Source: Octopus sinensis
Lineage: Eukaryota
Direction: 5' to 3'
Length of the DNA stretch: 64,000 bases
Assembly (NCBI RefSeq): GCF_006345805.1
Contig: NC_043007.1
Coordinates: 59,334,001-59,398,000 of the forward strand
Of the stretch, positions 1-13,388 are shown piece after piece. The position numbers were made by a program, and so were the translations under genes. Position 1 is the stretch's first letter. Every line of letters begins with the position of its first letter. The notes under the pieces were generated by a model, which saw nothing but the letters and a program-made list of their open reading frames with translations, made no database searches and was not told the origin of the DNA.

Positions 1-2666
1 GAAGATCATACTGCACCACCTCATCCCATATGAAGTAATCTTTTGTGCTGTTTGTTTTGTACCAAAATACAGACACTCGTCATAAACACAGTAATCTAGT
101 GATAAGCCTTTTTAGAAAACTAATTGACAACATTATTGTTCACCACTTGCTTTAAAAAATAAAGTATGAGACATAGATTGTTGCAGTGCAGCAAAAAATC
201 TAGTCAGTCACGTTATAAAGAAGTTCAATAATAAATAAACATTTGTTATACATATTACTACTATTAGCACAACATTAATTACTTCGGCTAAATTCACAAA
301 GGGAGCTGCATAAGCAGTACATACAACCATTTTAATTAGCAAGGAAGTCTTTACATACTTGTTGAACAGCCAAGAAATTGAAGAAAAATCTTCCTAAAAC
401 ACCAGCCTACTGTCTTCAAAAATAGTTTATACTAATGTTGAATATAATGTCAGGAAAGCAGACAGTAAAGTCAGAGCTAAAATACTGGTCAAACAATAAA
501 TTTTCAGTGGAAATATTTCTCTCAGCAAGTGTGAGCACTGTTAAGAGACTGACAGAAGCTAAAACTCCACACAAAGTGGCTTTTAAACCATTACAGAAGG
601 TAACTAGTGCCTTATAAAGTTTTCACGATACACAAACTCTACTAAACACACACACAATAACATTTACAAATAATCCATAAAACTATGCAAAAAAACAAAA
701 CAAAACATTGACAGCAACAATGACAATGACAAACCAGGAGGTGCCATTATTGCCTTTATCAATGTCACAGGTCTTTATCAAATACATTTAACATTAAATA
801 TTTTGCATCATTATGATTTAATATCTCTCCCATGCTGGTAATGGGTTGGATGGTTTGACAGTAACTGGTAAACTAGCGACTGCACCAAGCTCCACTGTCT
901 GCTTTGGCATGGGTTTTACAGCTGGATGCCTTCTAATGCCAACCACTTTACAGAGAGGGCTAAAGAAATAAATTTCGTGAACAAGGACACAAAAATCTGA
1001 AAATTCTGCAATCCCTCTCTTACTCTTCTTCTTCTTCCACATCATTTCTTTATTTCTCATCTCTCTATAGTTTTATCATACTGCTTCTCCCTACACTCTC
1101 TCTTGTATTGCCACTTAGCACCTCCTCCACCTTGATTCACTCCTCTTTCCTTCACTTTCCCCCAACCCAAACTGATATTCACTACTGACTATACTTCCAC
1201 CTGTGTTCACCATCTACTGCAGTCACCTCTATGCCAGTCTCTAATCATCTGTTACTCCTCTTTCACACTCGTGAACTTACCAACCCTTCCTGTCTCTTTT
1301 CTTTATTATATTTGTACCTTAAAGGTACGCCCCAACACCTCGTAACCACCATATGTTCTCTCTTTCCAGTTCAGGTAGTCTAGTATCATCATTACAAAAA
1401 GACACCTGAAGATCCTGTACCTGTCCCTCGATCATACTTTTGTTTCTTAACACCTGGCACAAAGCCACCTCTCTCAATATTACACCTCCACTAAATCAAG
1501 GAGCCTTGTCTTGTGAGTTACATGGTGACCTTACTAGTGCTGGTGCTACAAAATCGTAAAAGTACCCATTACACTGTGTAAAGTGGCTGGCATTAGAAAG
1601 GGCATCTAGCCATAGAAACCATGCCAAAGAAGTCAGTGGAGTTCAACACAATTCTATGGCTTGCTGTATTCTGTCAAACCATCCAGCATGGAAGATGGAC
1701 ATGGAATGATGATAATGATGATGATGAGGAAGTCTAATAAGGCTGAAACATGTTGTCTTCATCAGCTGATAGTATTGAAGATCAGCAGGTCCACTCCAAT
1801 CTCAAAAAATTTAGATCAACTACCCACTTTCTTGGTTTTAGATTTTAAATACCTTTTTAAGGAGTTTTTCATAACTAATTGCTTCCACTCAACTATATAG
1901 TTAATATACATCAACATAATTATATTCCCTTTATACATAGATCACTCTCAGTCTTATTAAATGAGCAGAATATGATCTGCTGAGGAGGTTTAACAGCAAT
2001 GAAACATATCTGTTGCTTTAACCATTGAAAGACTAGTTTTCAATTAACATAATCTTTCGGAGTTATCTCCCTTGCTTACCGTTACTTTTTTTTTTTTAAA
2101 CACACACAGAAGCAGTGTTTCTTCACTAATTGCATAGAAAATCTTCGTCAGTCTAAGTTTTTCAACACATTATATTACATAGGTGAGACTGTACTGTGTC
2201 TGTATAGAGTATAGAGAATTCTTCCTGAAATATTTTCATGCAGCCCTAGTTTTGATATACTTAAGACTGAAAACCTTTGACAAAAGCCAAGCAAATATAT
2301 GAAGCCTTGTAATGTAAAACCTGTCAAAAGAGTTGAAACTAATATATTTACCACTCAGTAAATCTGGAACTAAATACTGGCTTAATAAGCTGGTGAGGAT
2401 AATCAAAACTTTATTTAATCATTGTTTTGTATCTGTTTTTCAATCTAATACGAGTAAAATGATTTTGAAATGTTTAGTGGGGTTCATTAAAACTAGAGAC
2501 CTTTCTACTGTTAATCACACTATGAATTCAGAAATATATCTTGTTTTTAGCTGTCAAATGCCTTGCATAGTTTGTGAATAAAAACTACAGAGGAATTAAA
2601 AGAAGAGGTGATGGTAAGAGTGACTACATATGTCTTAAATGAAGTAACTTGTTGGGAGTAACTTAC

Positions 2667-2779
2667 CTCCTTGTTTGTTTCTAACAATGCAGTAATTAAA
2701 GTTATTGGTGATGGTGACAGTTGCTGGCAATTATCACATACATTTTGGAATTCTGTAATATTACTTGTCTTGGGCAATC
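2667..2779 (-). CDS. TRNT1: TRNT1-like exon (body domain), 113 nt, phase 1 to 0; the gene probably continues left of the window
   Basis: tttttcag|GA...GAG|gtaagt; translates (G)LPKTSNITEFQNVCDNCQQLSPSPITLITALLETNKE, colinear with human LPANASLEEF...SPKPVTLLASLF. Confidence 0.9.
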
Positions 2780-3724
2780 CTGAAAAAGATGGGGTAAAAA
2801 ATACATAAAAGGAAATTAAATAAAATAAAGAAAAAATGTTGACATAAATTTTACTTATTAGTTTTCAAGCTGTTATGAGGAGAGAGATTTCTAACTTATA
2901 GTGGCTACACTTATGAATTACAGATAGAAATTAGTGCAAAGTGAAAAAACAAAAACAAAGGCATTTTATGGGATATATATATATATATACAACTATTCTA
3001 GTTCTTAACTCTGCTTAGATAAACAACATATTTTTCTAGTTAATATGTATTGTAAATTTATTACTGACAGGAAAATGATAGAGCAATGCATACCAAGTTG
3101 TGAATTTGGACACATCATGAACCTACACTCTTTAACATTTAAACTGGCTATATCAGGCCCAAATATTCTACATGTTTTAGGCTCGAGGTGGTTAGATCTA
3201 GCCTCTGACACCTACTCTATAATGCCATTCTAGAAATATACAATCAATCATTGAAATCTTGAAGCTACAAGATAATGCATGATTAATTCAAAGCAAGGTG
3301 AATAAAAAGTCATTAAATTTGACAGAATAAACTGAGTGCTAAAGGGTTAAAAGTAACTCTAAATATATAACTAAGAAACCCCTGTCAGCTGTGCTCAAGT
3401 AGATCTATGTCAAGTCAATAATAAAGGAATAACATAAAGGTACAGTACCCTGGATATGCCTTGAGCCAGTCTAAGCTGAAAATGCATCACTCAATCTGTC
3501 ATGAGGATGTAAACAAACCAACACTGGTCATCAAGCAGTGAGGGGACGAACACAAAGACATGCACACATATATAGGTGCAGGCATGGCTGTGTTAAGAAG
3601 CCTGATTTTCAACCACATAGTTCAGGGCTCAGTGTGTGGCACCTTGGGTGTTTTCTACTATAGCCTTGGGCTGACCAAAACCTTGTGAGCGGATCTGGTA
3701 GATGGAAACTGAAAGAAGCCCATC

Positions 3725-3767
<43 letters not shown>

Positions 3768-4349
3768 TTTGTTTCTCCCTGATCCCACTGCATGGTTACT
3801 ATTGCTGCTATGTTCACATCTCTGTAACTTAGCAGTTCAGCAAAAGAGACTGATAGAATAATTGCCAGGCTTTAAAAAAGTAAATACTGAGGTCAATACA
3901 TTCAACTAAAAATTCTTCAAGGCATATAAACACACATACGTATACACACACACACACACACACATGCACACAATAGACTTCCACAGTTTCCGGCTACCAA
4001 ATTCACCCACTAGGCATTGGTTGGCTTAGGGCTAGAGCAGAAAACACTTGGCCAAAGTGCCATGCAATGGGACTGAACCTAAAACCACATGGTTTGAAGT
4101 GATCTTCCTAACCATCCACTCTTGCTTGAACCTATAAAGAATATGGGATGCAACTAATTTGTGCATCATTCTACAAATTTATAGGAAGCTGGTCTATAGT
4201 ATTAGAGAGACATTATTGGTTCTCAAATCAAGAGGTAAAGATAGATTAGTTTATTAGTGGAATAAAATATTAATTATTGTGCAGGATGTGTTATGAAAGT
4301 TTGGTTTGTAAGTATCACTAAAATTAAAATACATAAATACAAAACTTAC

Positions 4350-4457
4350 CAATATAGCTAAGTACCCCCAGATGAAACATTGTGGACATCATATCAGCAG
4401 TAAGGGGTCCATTCACAATCCTCTTTAACTCCTGCCAGATACGTTCACCGGAAACAT
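4350..4457 (-). CDS. TRNT1: TRNT1-like exon (SGERIW motif E), 108 nt, phase 1 to 1
   Basis: ttttccag|AT...ATTG|gtaagt; translates (N)VSGERIWQELKRIVNGPLTADMMSTMFHLGVLSYI(G). Confidence 0.95.
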
Positions 4458-5399
4458 CTGGAAAAGAAGAATGCTTAAGTGAAATAGATATCATGTAAGT
4501 CTAATAACTTGCTTAAATTTTGTTTCTTTCCTTCACACACACACACACACACACACTGTACTGCATAATATTATTACTATAATGTACACATAAATATATA
4601 TGGATCTCCTGAGGACCATTGAAAATTGTGTAGTAATGAAATTGGAAGAATGAAGAGAAATTATAAGGGAGATCATTAACAATCAGGCATTTCTGATCTA
4701 TTGCAGTCTATTACCTGTATCATTGTTATTATTATTACTACTACAAGGCAACATAAGAAGAAGAAGAAGGCAGCAAGAAGGCAGAATTGTTATCATGCTG
4801 GACTAAATGCTTAGCAGTATTTCACTCATCTTTATGTTCTGAGCTCAAATTCTGCCAAGGTCACCTTTGCCTTTCGTCCTTTCTGAGCACTAGAATCAAC
4901 TAGCCCTCTCCTACCAAATTTCAGGCCTTGTGCCTATAGTAGACATGATTATTATTATCATTATTATGATGATGATGATTTCTTTCATTTATAGATATAA
5001 AATGTGGGGATTTATATAAAATGATGAAGAAAAAAAGGAATGTAAGTATTTGTGGTATAAAATATTAAGAAAAAGAAATGAAATAATGTATACATAGTAT
5101 ACTTCAATAAAAAGAAAAGATGACAATGATGTGATTGAACTGATACAGGAGGACGTCCAGGGTCAGTTGAAGAACCCCACCATTCAAGAACTCCCTGAAC
5201 ATCAAGGGTAAGTGCTTGTTCCAATTTTTTCTCTTACTTACAAGTTTATACTTGAAGTGGTTGCATCTAGTCTTGCTGTTTTCATCACACACACATATCT
5301 TTCAATAAATTCTCTTAAAGACAGTGCTTGTCTCTCATCTTGATTTTCTTTTTCTTGAAAAAGTCAATGAGGGCTCAACGAAAGAGAGAAGTCTCTGTC

Positions 5400-7300
5400 A
5401 TACTTTTCAGCCTCACCTACCACACAACTTCTTTTGTCAATGTCACTAAATAAAGAAAACCACCTTCTTTGCCTGGTTAAAGAAGAGATGCAGTGCAATC
5501 ATCATTATGGACTTAGCTTACAGCTGGATTTGTTCTACACGTGACAACAACTGTTTGATGTAACTGCAGCAATACTAGGACACTGAATGAGTGCATGAAA
5601 AACAAATTTGTTGCTCTGTGCACATCTCAGACAAGCCCTTCTGGTGGAACTTCCATGTCTGCAGAATTTACCTTGAACTTATTACACCCCTTAATAGCAT
5701 GGCTAGGCCAAAGACTTCTGGAAATTATCCATGGGAGTCCTCAATCTTAAAGTACTCTGGAAAAGGCTAGCCAGTCTCCCCAAGTCACATCGAGAACATA
5801 GTTCCTCTTCACCTCCACTAATCCACTATAGATTGCTAGAGTGAAACATCCTCTGACCAATTGCCTGACTAGTTGAGGACAGTGAGCACCTTATAGTATT
5901 CTGTGTCAAGTGCACAGTCTTGGTTTTTGCTTCACCCAGGGCAGCAGTTCTGTCAAGAAGATGAGCTGCAGAAAGATGTGCCTCATAAACAGTGCCCATG
6001 GCCATTCATCATCAAGAAATCTATGCTGGTGGGACATCCACAGCATGTATCTATGCATCAGAAATTATAGTATGCCTAAGCTGCCATGTAGAGGGTTGTG
6101 CTAACAAATAGATAACCTGACCAGTAGAAAGTATCTCTTCAACAAGATACTGAATAATGGCCACTCCAATCTGATCAGGTGGTAACTGGGGCAAGGCATG
6201 AGAGCCAGGCAGTAAACAATAATGGAGGCAATGCAGGCATTTGGCACCTCTGCTCATCCTTCCAGGGGCAGCTTCCTCTCTTCCCATTTCTAGGTAAGGC
6301 TGGCTACCTTGTTCATCACCTTTGCCCAGTTCCTCTCCACCTGGAAGTTAGGATCAAACCAAATCCTGAGCAGTTTAACTGATTCATCAGGCCAGCATTC
6401 AATAATGTTGTCCAATGGGTGCGTAGCTGCAAGCTCACTGACTTGTCTGTGTTGATCTTGGCCCTTGCCACTATCTTGTTTTACTTTACAATGGAAATCA
6501 GATACTGACCAACTTCGCTTTAGAAGTGCCCAACAACATGACAATGATGTTTGCATACACTGAAATGGCCTTCCTGAATCCCAGTGTGAAAGGGATGAAC
6601 CTCAAATGTTCCAACTTCTGGAGAAATAGCTCAAGAGCCAGTACATAGAGAAAAGGTGAGAGCAGTCAGCCCTGACTGACTGAGTGTGCAACACAAAATA
6701 GTTCCAAGAGATGGCCGTTTACTTTGACCACTAAACAGCTGCTGCTGTGAATTGCAACAACATAATCTCTGAAAACAGGTTCAAAACCAACCAATTTCAT
6801 GATAGCTTCCAAGTAACAATGGTCAACCCCACTGAAAGCTTTTGACAGAACCAAATTGATCATGGCCCTATGGAAACCACCTTTGATCCTATGATGTATG
6901 ACATCAAGTAGAGGTTGTTGTGGATGAACCTGTTTGGGGTCATACATATTTATGCCTACCTAACTAGATCACTGATGACAAGTGCCAACCTTTTCAATTT
7001 TCACTAACACCTTGGCCAAAAATCTTATACTCTGTGTTTAGGAGAATTATTGACCAAAAATTGCCTATAACATTCTCTTTGTCAGCATTCTTTTTCAACA
7101 GTGCTATTCTTTGGCTCACAGTACTAGGAATTCTCCAGTTCTGCTGTCAGCTGTGGTAGATATCTGTGAAGAGGTCATCAAACAAGTCTGGCATTAACTT
7201 GTAGAATTTGTAGGGGGGGGGGGAAACCATTCAAACTGGGTGATTTGTTCCATGAGCAACTGCTCATTGACCCCTTATTTCAGAGATTGAGATCCCTTTT
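5400..7300 (-). mobile_element. Degenerate Tx1/L1-clade LINE, RT region
   Basis: ORF fragments SKAFSGVDHCYL...VKVNGHL...SVSQG (6666-6947) and VKLLRIWF...NWAKV (6290-6556); frameshifts and stops; boundaries approximate. Confidence 0.8.
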
Positions 7301-8782
7301 TGCAGAACCTCACACTGAGGGCTTGGCTGAAAAGGAAAGTATTTGTTATGAGTCCTTTTAATCATGCCTACAACACAATCTCTTTCTCTATAATCACCAG
7401 GCAGAGTAAAGTTTCCTACTCTTCCACCCTAAATGAATACAGTGGGATGATTTTTCACAATGGACTCAACCTATCAATGGATTTGTCCTTCATACAACAA
7501 AGTTGTTCAACAAAACTCCATGAGTCAGTAATGTTCAAATGTAGAATGTATGCATGCAGAATAGTTTCTGCATGCACACATCTGAGACTGGCCTAAGTTG
7601 GCAGCTTCTGTACATATAGAATTTTACTCAAACTGATTTTGCTCCTCAGTGGCATTGCCAGGCCAGGTATTTCTGCAGGTTATTCATAGTTCTCAGGCTG
7701 GAAGTGCTCTAGAACAGACCATCCAGTTTATTCTTGTCAACACCCAGAATTATTTCAGGAATTTTGTTGCTATTCTCCACTACCAGTCTTCTACTGAATG
7801 CTAATGTAGAGATTCTACTGACTGCATTGCTCAACTGGAAGAGACTACAGACAGTACCAGACAATATTCCAGAAGTGCCCTATCTTGATGAACAACAATT
7901 GCTCTGCCAAATAGATAAACAGTGAGAAAACATATCTAGTAATCACACTTGCTCACTAACCAGAATCTTGGTAGATACTGCAACATCAGTACATATCTGT
8001 ACATAATCACTTACAGTATACTGAGCCCTCTGCACAAAGAATGTTGGTAGTAGACGGACTGCCTGACCAGTCAAATGTGTCTCTTTCACAAGAAGTGAAA
8101 TATCAGATACTTCAATCAAAAATCAAATGAAAACTAAGGCAAAACATATCAGTTAAGCAGTAATATAAATAAAGACAATGTTTTATTTGCTATCTTCGCC
8201 AGACTCTTTTATGGGTAGCTGCCTCTAGGATAATTTCTGGGTGAGGCTGGCCTGGCTACTTATAATCTCATCCCAGTTCTGATCCACTTAGAGGTCTAGA
8301 CTAAACCATATCCCAAGTAATTATACCAATCCGACATACCATCATGTTTTCCAATGGCTTTGACATGCCTTACCATGTGATGATTTGCAAGCTCACCAAC
8401 TTGTCTGGGTTCATTTTTGCTCCTGTCCCCTTTGAATCCCTTTGAATAGTGTCAAACACCTTCTGATATTGTTGCTGTCTGATGTCTACATGTGCTGATA
8501 TGGATCTTCCAGATCTAAGTGAAAATGGGATTCCCCTTAATAACTTTAGTTTCTGTAGTAATAGCTTGGTAGTCAGTATATAAGTGGTTTACTGTCAACT
8601 GTATCTCAGCTACTATTACCGGCTATTTTACAATGCACAGCATTTTCTACTAAAAGTTTCAGCAAGTTATCAAGACAGGCACTAAAGTTCTACCGCCTTC
8701 AGTCCACAGTTAGTGGAGGGAAACAAAGGATCATTCAGTCCTGGATACTCTACGCCTGATCTCATGAATTATTACATTAGAA

Positions 8783-9066
8783 CAGTGGTTCCCAACCATT
8801 GTTTTTTGTCTATGGACTCCTTTGATAAATATTTTATTTTGATGGACCCCCATAGCCATTTGATATTTAAAAACTAGTTTTATACATACTTCTTTCAAAA
8901 TTCCTATTTTGCTTTCTACATAGCTGCTTTTTGCAAAACTTACTAATACATACATCTAAAGCAAAATTTTTTTAGGGGAACATAAAATTCTATTGTGGAT
9001 CCCCAATTTACTATTTTGTTGCATGGACCCACCAAAATCTTATATGAACCCTGGTTAAAAACCACT
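8783..9066. mobile_element. hAT-like MITE
   Basis: Ends cagtggttcccaacc ... ggttaaaaaccact form imperfect TIRs; no coding capacity. Confidence 0.6.
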
Positions 9067-9079
9067 TTACTCCATTCTC

Positions 9080-9442
9080 TCCAAATTGAGAGAAAGGAGT
9101 AGGTAAAATCCAGGCTATATATGTTTCCTAGCTAGCAGATCCTCTGATGTAATAATTACTCAACAAGGGATACTCTGCTAGCTACTCATCAGGCCAAAGA
9201 TACCTTAGTCATATGAAGGTTACATTGTTAAGGAATTCCAAGTTAGCTTGGCAAAATTATATCGTTGGCAAGTTAATTTGAGATTCCTTAATGACACTGT
9301 AACCTTCATATAATTAAGGTATCTTTGGCTTCATGAGTAGCTAGCTGATTACCCCTCATAGACTAATTATTACATCAGAGGATCTGCTAGCTAGGAAACA
9401 TATGCAGTCTGAATTTTACCTGCTCCAATCCCTCAGTTTGGA
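9080..9442. repeat. About 360-bp imperfect palindrome (foldback/MITE-like)
   Basis: Arms are reverse complements over their full length, including a perfect ~40-bp block atatgtttcctagctagcagatcctctgatgtaataatta; centre near 9261. Confidence 0.9.
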
Positions 9443-10695
9443 CTTTTATTCACATTCATAGCAACTCAAGTAGCTAACTGTGAGCTATAAAATAACTTTT
9501 TCAGCTTATCAAACTTTGATATGGGGAAAGCCTACAAATTTTGATGCCAATAAATTATCATTGTTCCTGAACGTTATTTTTATACATATCACACACTGCT
9601 TGAAGCTTAAACTTACTATACTTAGATCTTTGGATCTTATAATTATATATGTGTGTGTGCATGTGTGTGTATACCTCTATGTGTGTGTCTTTGTGTTTGT
9701 CCCCCACTACTGCTTGACAACCAGTGTTGGTTTGTTCACATCTCTGTAACTTAGCAGTTCTGCAAAAAGAGATTTGTAGAATAAGTACCAGGCTTTAAAA
9801 AAAAAGTACAGAGGATAATTCTTTCAACTAAAAAGTTCTTCAAGGCAGTGCTCCAGTATGGCCACAGTCATTACTAAAAAATGTACTATTTCAAGTCCTA
9901 GGACTCAATGTGTTGGTTACTGAGATCATTCCCCTCCATCACAGGGTTACTCATTTACAACTGAGTGGAATGGAACAATGTGAAATGAAGTGTTTTGCTC
10001 AAGAACACAACACACTGCCTAATCTGGGAATTGAAACCACAATCTTGCAATATTGAGTGCATCACTCTCACCACTATGTCATGTGCTTTCACAATATTAT
10101 TGGACAGACTAGTATAACATTGGTTTCAAATTTTGGCACCAAGCCAGCAATTTTGGAAAGGTTGATTACATTGACCCTGGTGCTTAACTAGTACTTATTT
10201 TATTGACCCTAAAAGGATGAAAGACAAAGTCAACCTTGGCAGAATTTAAACTCAGAGCATAAAGACAGACGAAATGCTGCTAAGCATTTTGCCTGGAGTG
10301 ATAACAGCCCAATATTAAAGACCCCCTTCAGACATGACTGACCATGGTATTGCACCTAGAAAGTACCCACACCCACCCGCAAGGCACAAATTCAGACAAG
10401 AATGTTTATGGAAGATTAGCAGTTACCTATGCATACTAGCCTCCCCTCTCCATGCCACCAATGTTATCAAAAGGAAAGGTAAATGCCGATACAGCTTGAC
10501 ACCAGTTGAGAGAAGTGGAGCAATTTGAAATAAAGTGTCTTGCCCAAGAACACAACATACAGCCCAATCTAGGAATCAAACTCACTACCTTATGATAGTG
10601 AGCCTGATGCTCTAACAACTGAACCATGTGCCTTCACTACCAACATTATCAAATAGGCAAATGATAGATCAATATTATATAAAATACAAACTTAC

Positions 10696-10781
10696 TAGAT
10701 AGGCCATGAGCATTATTTTTGATGACAAGCAAAGTATCAGGGTTGTGCTGACTGGATGAAGAAGCAATTTTGCCCCAAAAC
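10696..10781 (-). CDS. TRNT1: TRNT1-like exon, 86 nt, phase 2 to 1
   Basis: ccacag|G...TCTA|gtaagt; translates (R)FWGKIASSSSQHNPDTLLVIKNNAHGLS, colinear with human FYGRI...HDPETLEAIAENAKGLA. Confidence 0.92.
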
Positions 10782-11343
10782 CTGTGGTTGTAATAAGATA
10801 TAAATGAAGAAAAACCATAGGAAAATTAAAATGTAGTTAAAAGTGCAATAAAACAGAGAATATTTATGAAATTTAATGATCTCTATAGAACTATATCTTC
10901 ACCATTATTATTGTTTTAACAGTTATATTTTCATGCTTCCCTATCAGTGACACTTGTTTACAATCAATACATGATGCATGAAGGGGAGGGACACAAACTC
11001 ACATCATCATCATTTAACATCTACTTTCCATAATGGCATGTATTGGACAGTGTGACAAGAACTGACCAGCTGGGGAGCTGCCCAGGTTCCAATTGTCTAT
11101 TTTGGCAGGGTTTATGCAGCTGTCCTCATCAATATGCATCACATGACCATATCAGTGCATATACATACATACAAAATGAGCTTCTATCAGTTTCTGTTTA
11201 CTAAATTTACTCTCAAGGCTTTGGTCAGCTTGAGGCTATAGTAGAAGACATTTGTCCAAAGTGCTATGCAATAGGATTGAACCCCAAACCATGCAGTTGG
11301 GAAGTGATCTACTCAACCACACAGTCACCATATGTACATATAT

Positions 11344-11402
<59 letters not shown>

Positions 11403-11414
11403 CACACATATGAG

Positions 11415-12092
11415 AGAAAAGTTGGACTCAGATGCAGTGTGCTGGTATGGTCATGTGATTTATATGGATGAGAACAGCTGTGTGAAGAAGTGTCACACCC
11501 TAACAGTGGAGGGAACCTGTGAAAGAGGTACGCCCAGGAAGACATGGGATGAGGTGGTGAAGCATGACCATCAAATGTTGGGACTCACAGAGGTAATGAC
11601 AAGCGATCGAGACCTTTGAAGATATGCTGTGCTTGAGAAGGCCCGGCAAACCAAGTGAGCTCATAGTTGTGGCTGATGCCAGTGTCACATAACTGGCCTG
11701 TTTAAAAGCACCTGATATGCCATGTTTGTGAAGACCTGTTGAACTGAGTGAAATCATAGTCATGGCCAATGCCAGTACTACCTGAGTGGCACCTGTGCAC
11801 TATTCAAGCGTGGCCAATGCAAATTGCGTCTGGCTGGCTCCAGTGCCAGTGGCATGTAAAAAGATCCATTCAAGGGTGGCTGGTGCCAGAGCTGGCTGTC
11901 TGGCTCCCATGCTGGTGACACATAAAAAGTACCCACTTCACTCTCAGAGTGGTTGGTATTAGGAAGCGCATCCAGCTGTAGAAACCTAGCCAAATCAGAT
12001 TGGAGCCTGGTGCAGCCTCCCAGTTCTCTGTCAAACAATCCAATCCATGCCAGCATGGAAAATGGATGTTAAACAACAATGATGATGATGAT
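11415..12092 (+). mobile_element. RTE LINE 3' fragment with (GAT)n tail
   Basis: Encodes WYGHV..MDENSCVKKCHTLTVEGTCERGTPRKTWDEVV, the same C-terminus as the 41320-43113 ORF, followed by the shared 3'UTR. Confidence 0.85.
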
Positions 12093-12109
12093 AATATATA
12101 TGGTGGTGG

Positions 12110-12630
12110 ATCTGTCATTCAGCGATGGTGAGAGTTCAGTGTTCAATCTGATCCTATGCTTATCTTCACTTCGTGAACAATTTCCTAGATTATTACACAA
12201 CGGTCTTCCATAACTATTTGCCAAACCTTCTCAATCAGCTCCTTGTTTTGGCTAGTGCATGGCCTGCTTGAGCATACCTTGCTCTCCACTGAGGTACAAC
12301 CAAGTTTGAAGTGGTTGTACCACTCCTTAATCTGAGTTTTGCATATGGCATCATCACCAAAGGTCTGCTGAATCAAACTCATCCAGAGGATGGTTTGAGC
12401 TTGAGTACTGCCAAGTTTTGCCATAAACTTGATGTACTATATCTGCTCAATGTGTTCGGTGAAAATGAAAATCCAGCTGTTACTCTATGTGTAATAGCCA
12501 GGAATAAAAATTTCCATGCATGCTCAGGAAGGGTGACATTACCTATCACCCAGCGGAATTTGTCCATGCAGCATTAATTTTGTTGGGAAAAAATAAAGTC
12601 AGATACTTTTTGAATGAACCTCACCTCGTA
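12110..12630 (-). mobile_element. mariner transposon fragment (N-terminal HTH)
   Basis: ORF 12185-12424 AKLG...QQTFGDDAICKTQIKEWYNHFKLGCTSVE...SRP is typical of mariner HTH domains. Confidence 0.75.
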
Positions 12631-12632
12631 TG

Positions 12633-12669
<37 letters not shown>

Positions 12670-12989
12670 GTCATTTGTATGGGGTCTTAAAGTTATTTTC
12701 GTCCACTCTCCCGATTTCACCTTAGTGTTTTAGTGAAAATTTGTGATCTGAAGTCGTTTTTGACTCCTATTTTAGCATGCTGGTGCTATGTTTAATATCC
12801 TTCATTATCAATTAATAATTATTTATCCTTATGGTTTTTTATGCATGCTAAGCCACTGATATTGTTGTAAACAATATCTTTATATTTTTTATAATTTTTA
12901 TTCACTTCGATCACCTTTTTAAATTTGCTGCAGCATTAAAAACAAACATCACACACATCAGATGAGACGGGCAAGCTTTATGAAACAAG

Positions 12990-13066
12990 GTCAGTCAGAC
13001 TCACTGAGGATGAAGATGTTATATTTTCACAAAGTTTGAAATCACTGTGATACAGGTATGACTGGC
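12990..13066 (+). ncRNA. Degenerate type I hammerhead-like motif
   Basis: GUCAGUCAgacuca-CUGAGGA-...-GAAA-UCACUGUGA-UA-cagguaUGACUGGC; core intact, distal stem I pairs in register, proximal stem I and stem II imperfect. Confidence 0.4.
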
Positions 13067-13315
13067 TTTACAATTTAGAAATTTTGCGTCATATATAATA
13101 TAATGCATATATATATTTTACATTATAAATATATATATATCATCATCATCATGATATATATACATATGAGAAGGAAACCACTATGTGGACACCCTTATGC
13201 TAGAAATAGATCTTCTATGGTCTTACCACTAAAAAATGTTCTCAAGAAAAATTCAGCAAAACAACCAAAACATAATCGAGCAAGACAAAAGAAAAGCAAT
13301 AAAAATATGGATTAT

Positions 13316-13388
13316 TCACATACATGTTTCACTATCACCATATTACGTAATTTTATTTACGTAAGATGTCCGTAGATCTTCAGTGTGA
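13316..13388 (-). ncRNA. Minimal type I hammerhead ribozyme motif with intact core (Penelope-like/retrozyme type)
   Basis: Minus strand: UCACA-CUGAAGA-[long stem II with UUACGUAA arms]-GAAA-CAUG-UA-UGUGA; 5-bp stem I and palindromic ACAUGU stem III. Confidence 0.75.

Noticed and set aside
2060-2073. Motif gagttatctccctt, nearly repeated at 62183-62196
   Set aside because: Only 13/14 identity at two sites; a regulatory site cannot be told from a repeat remnant or chance.
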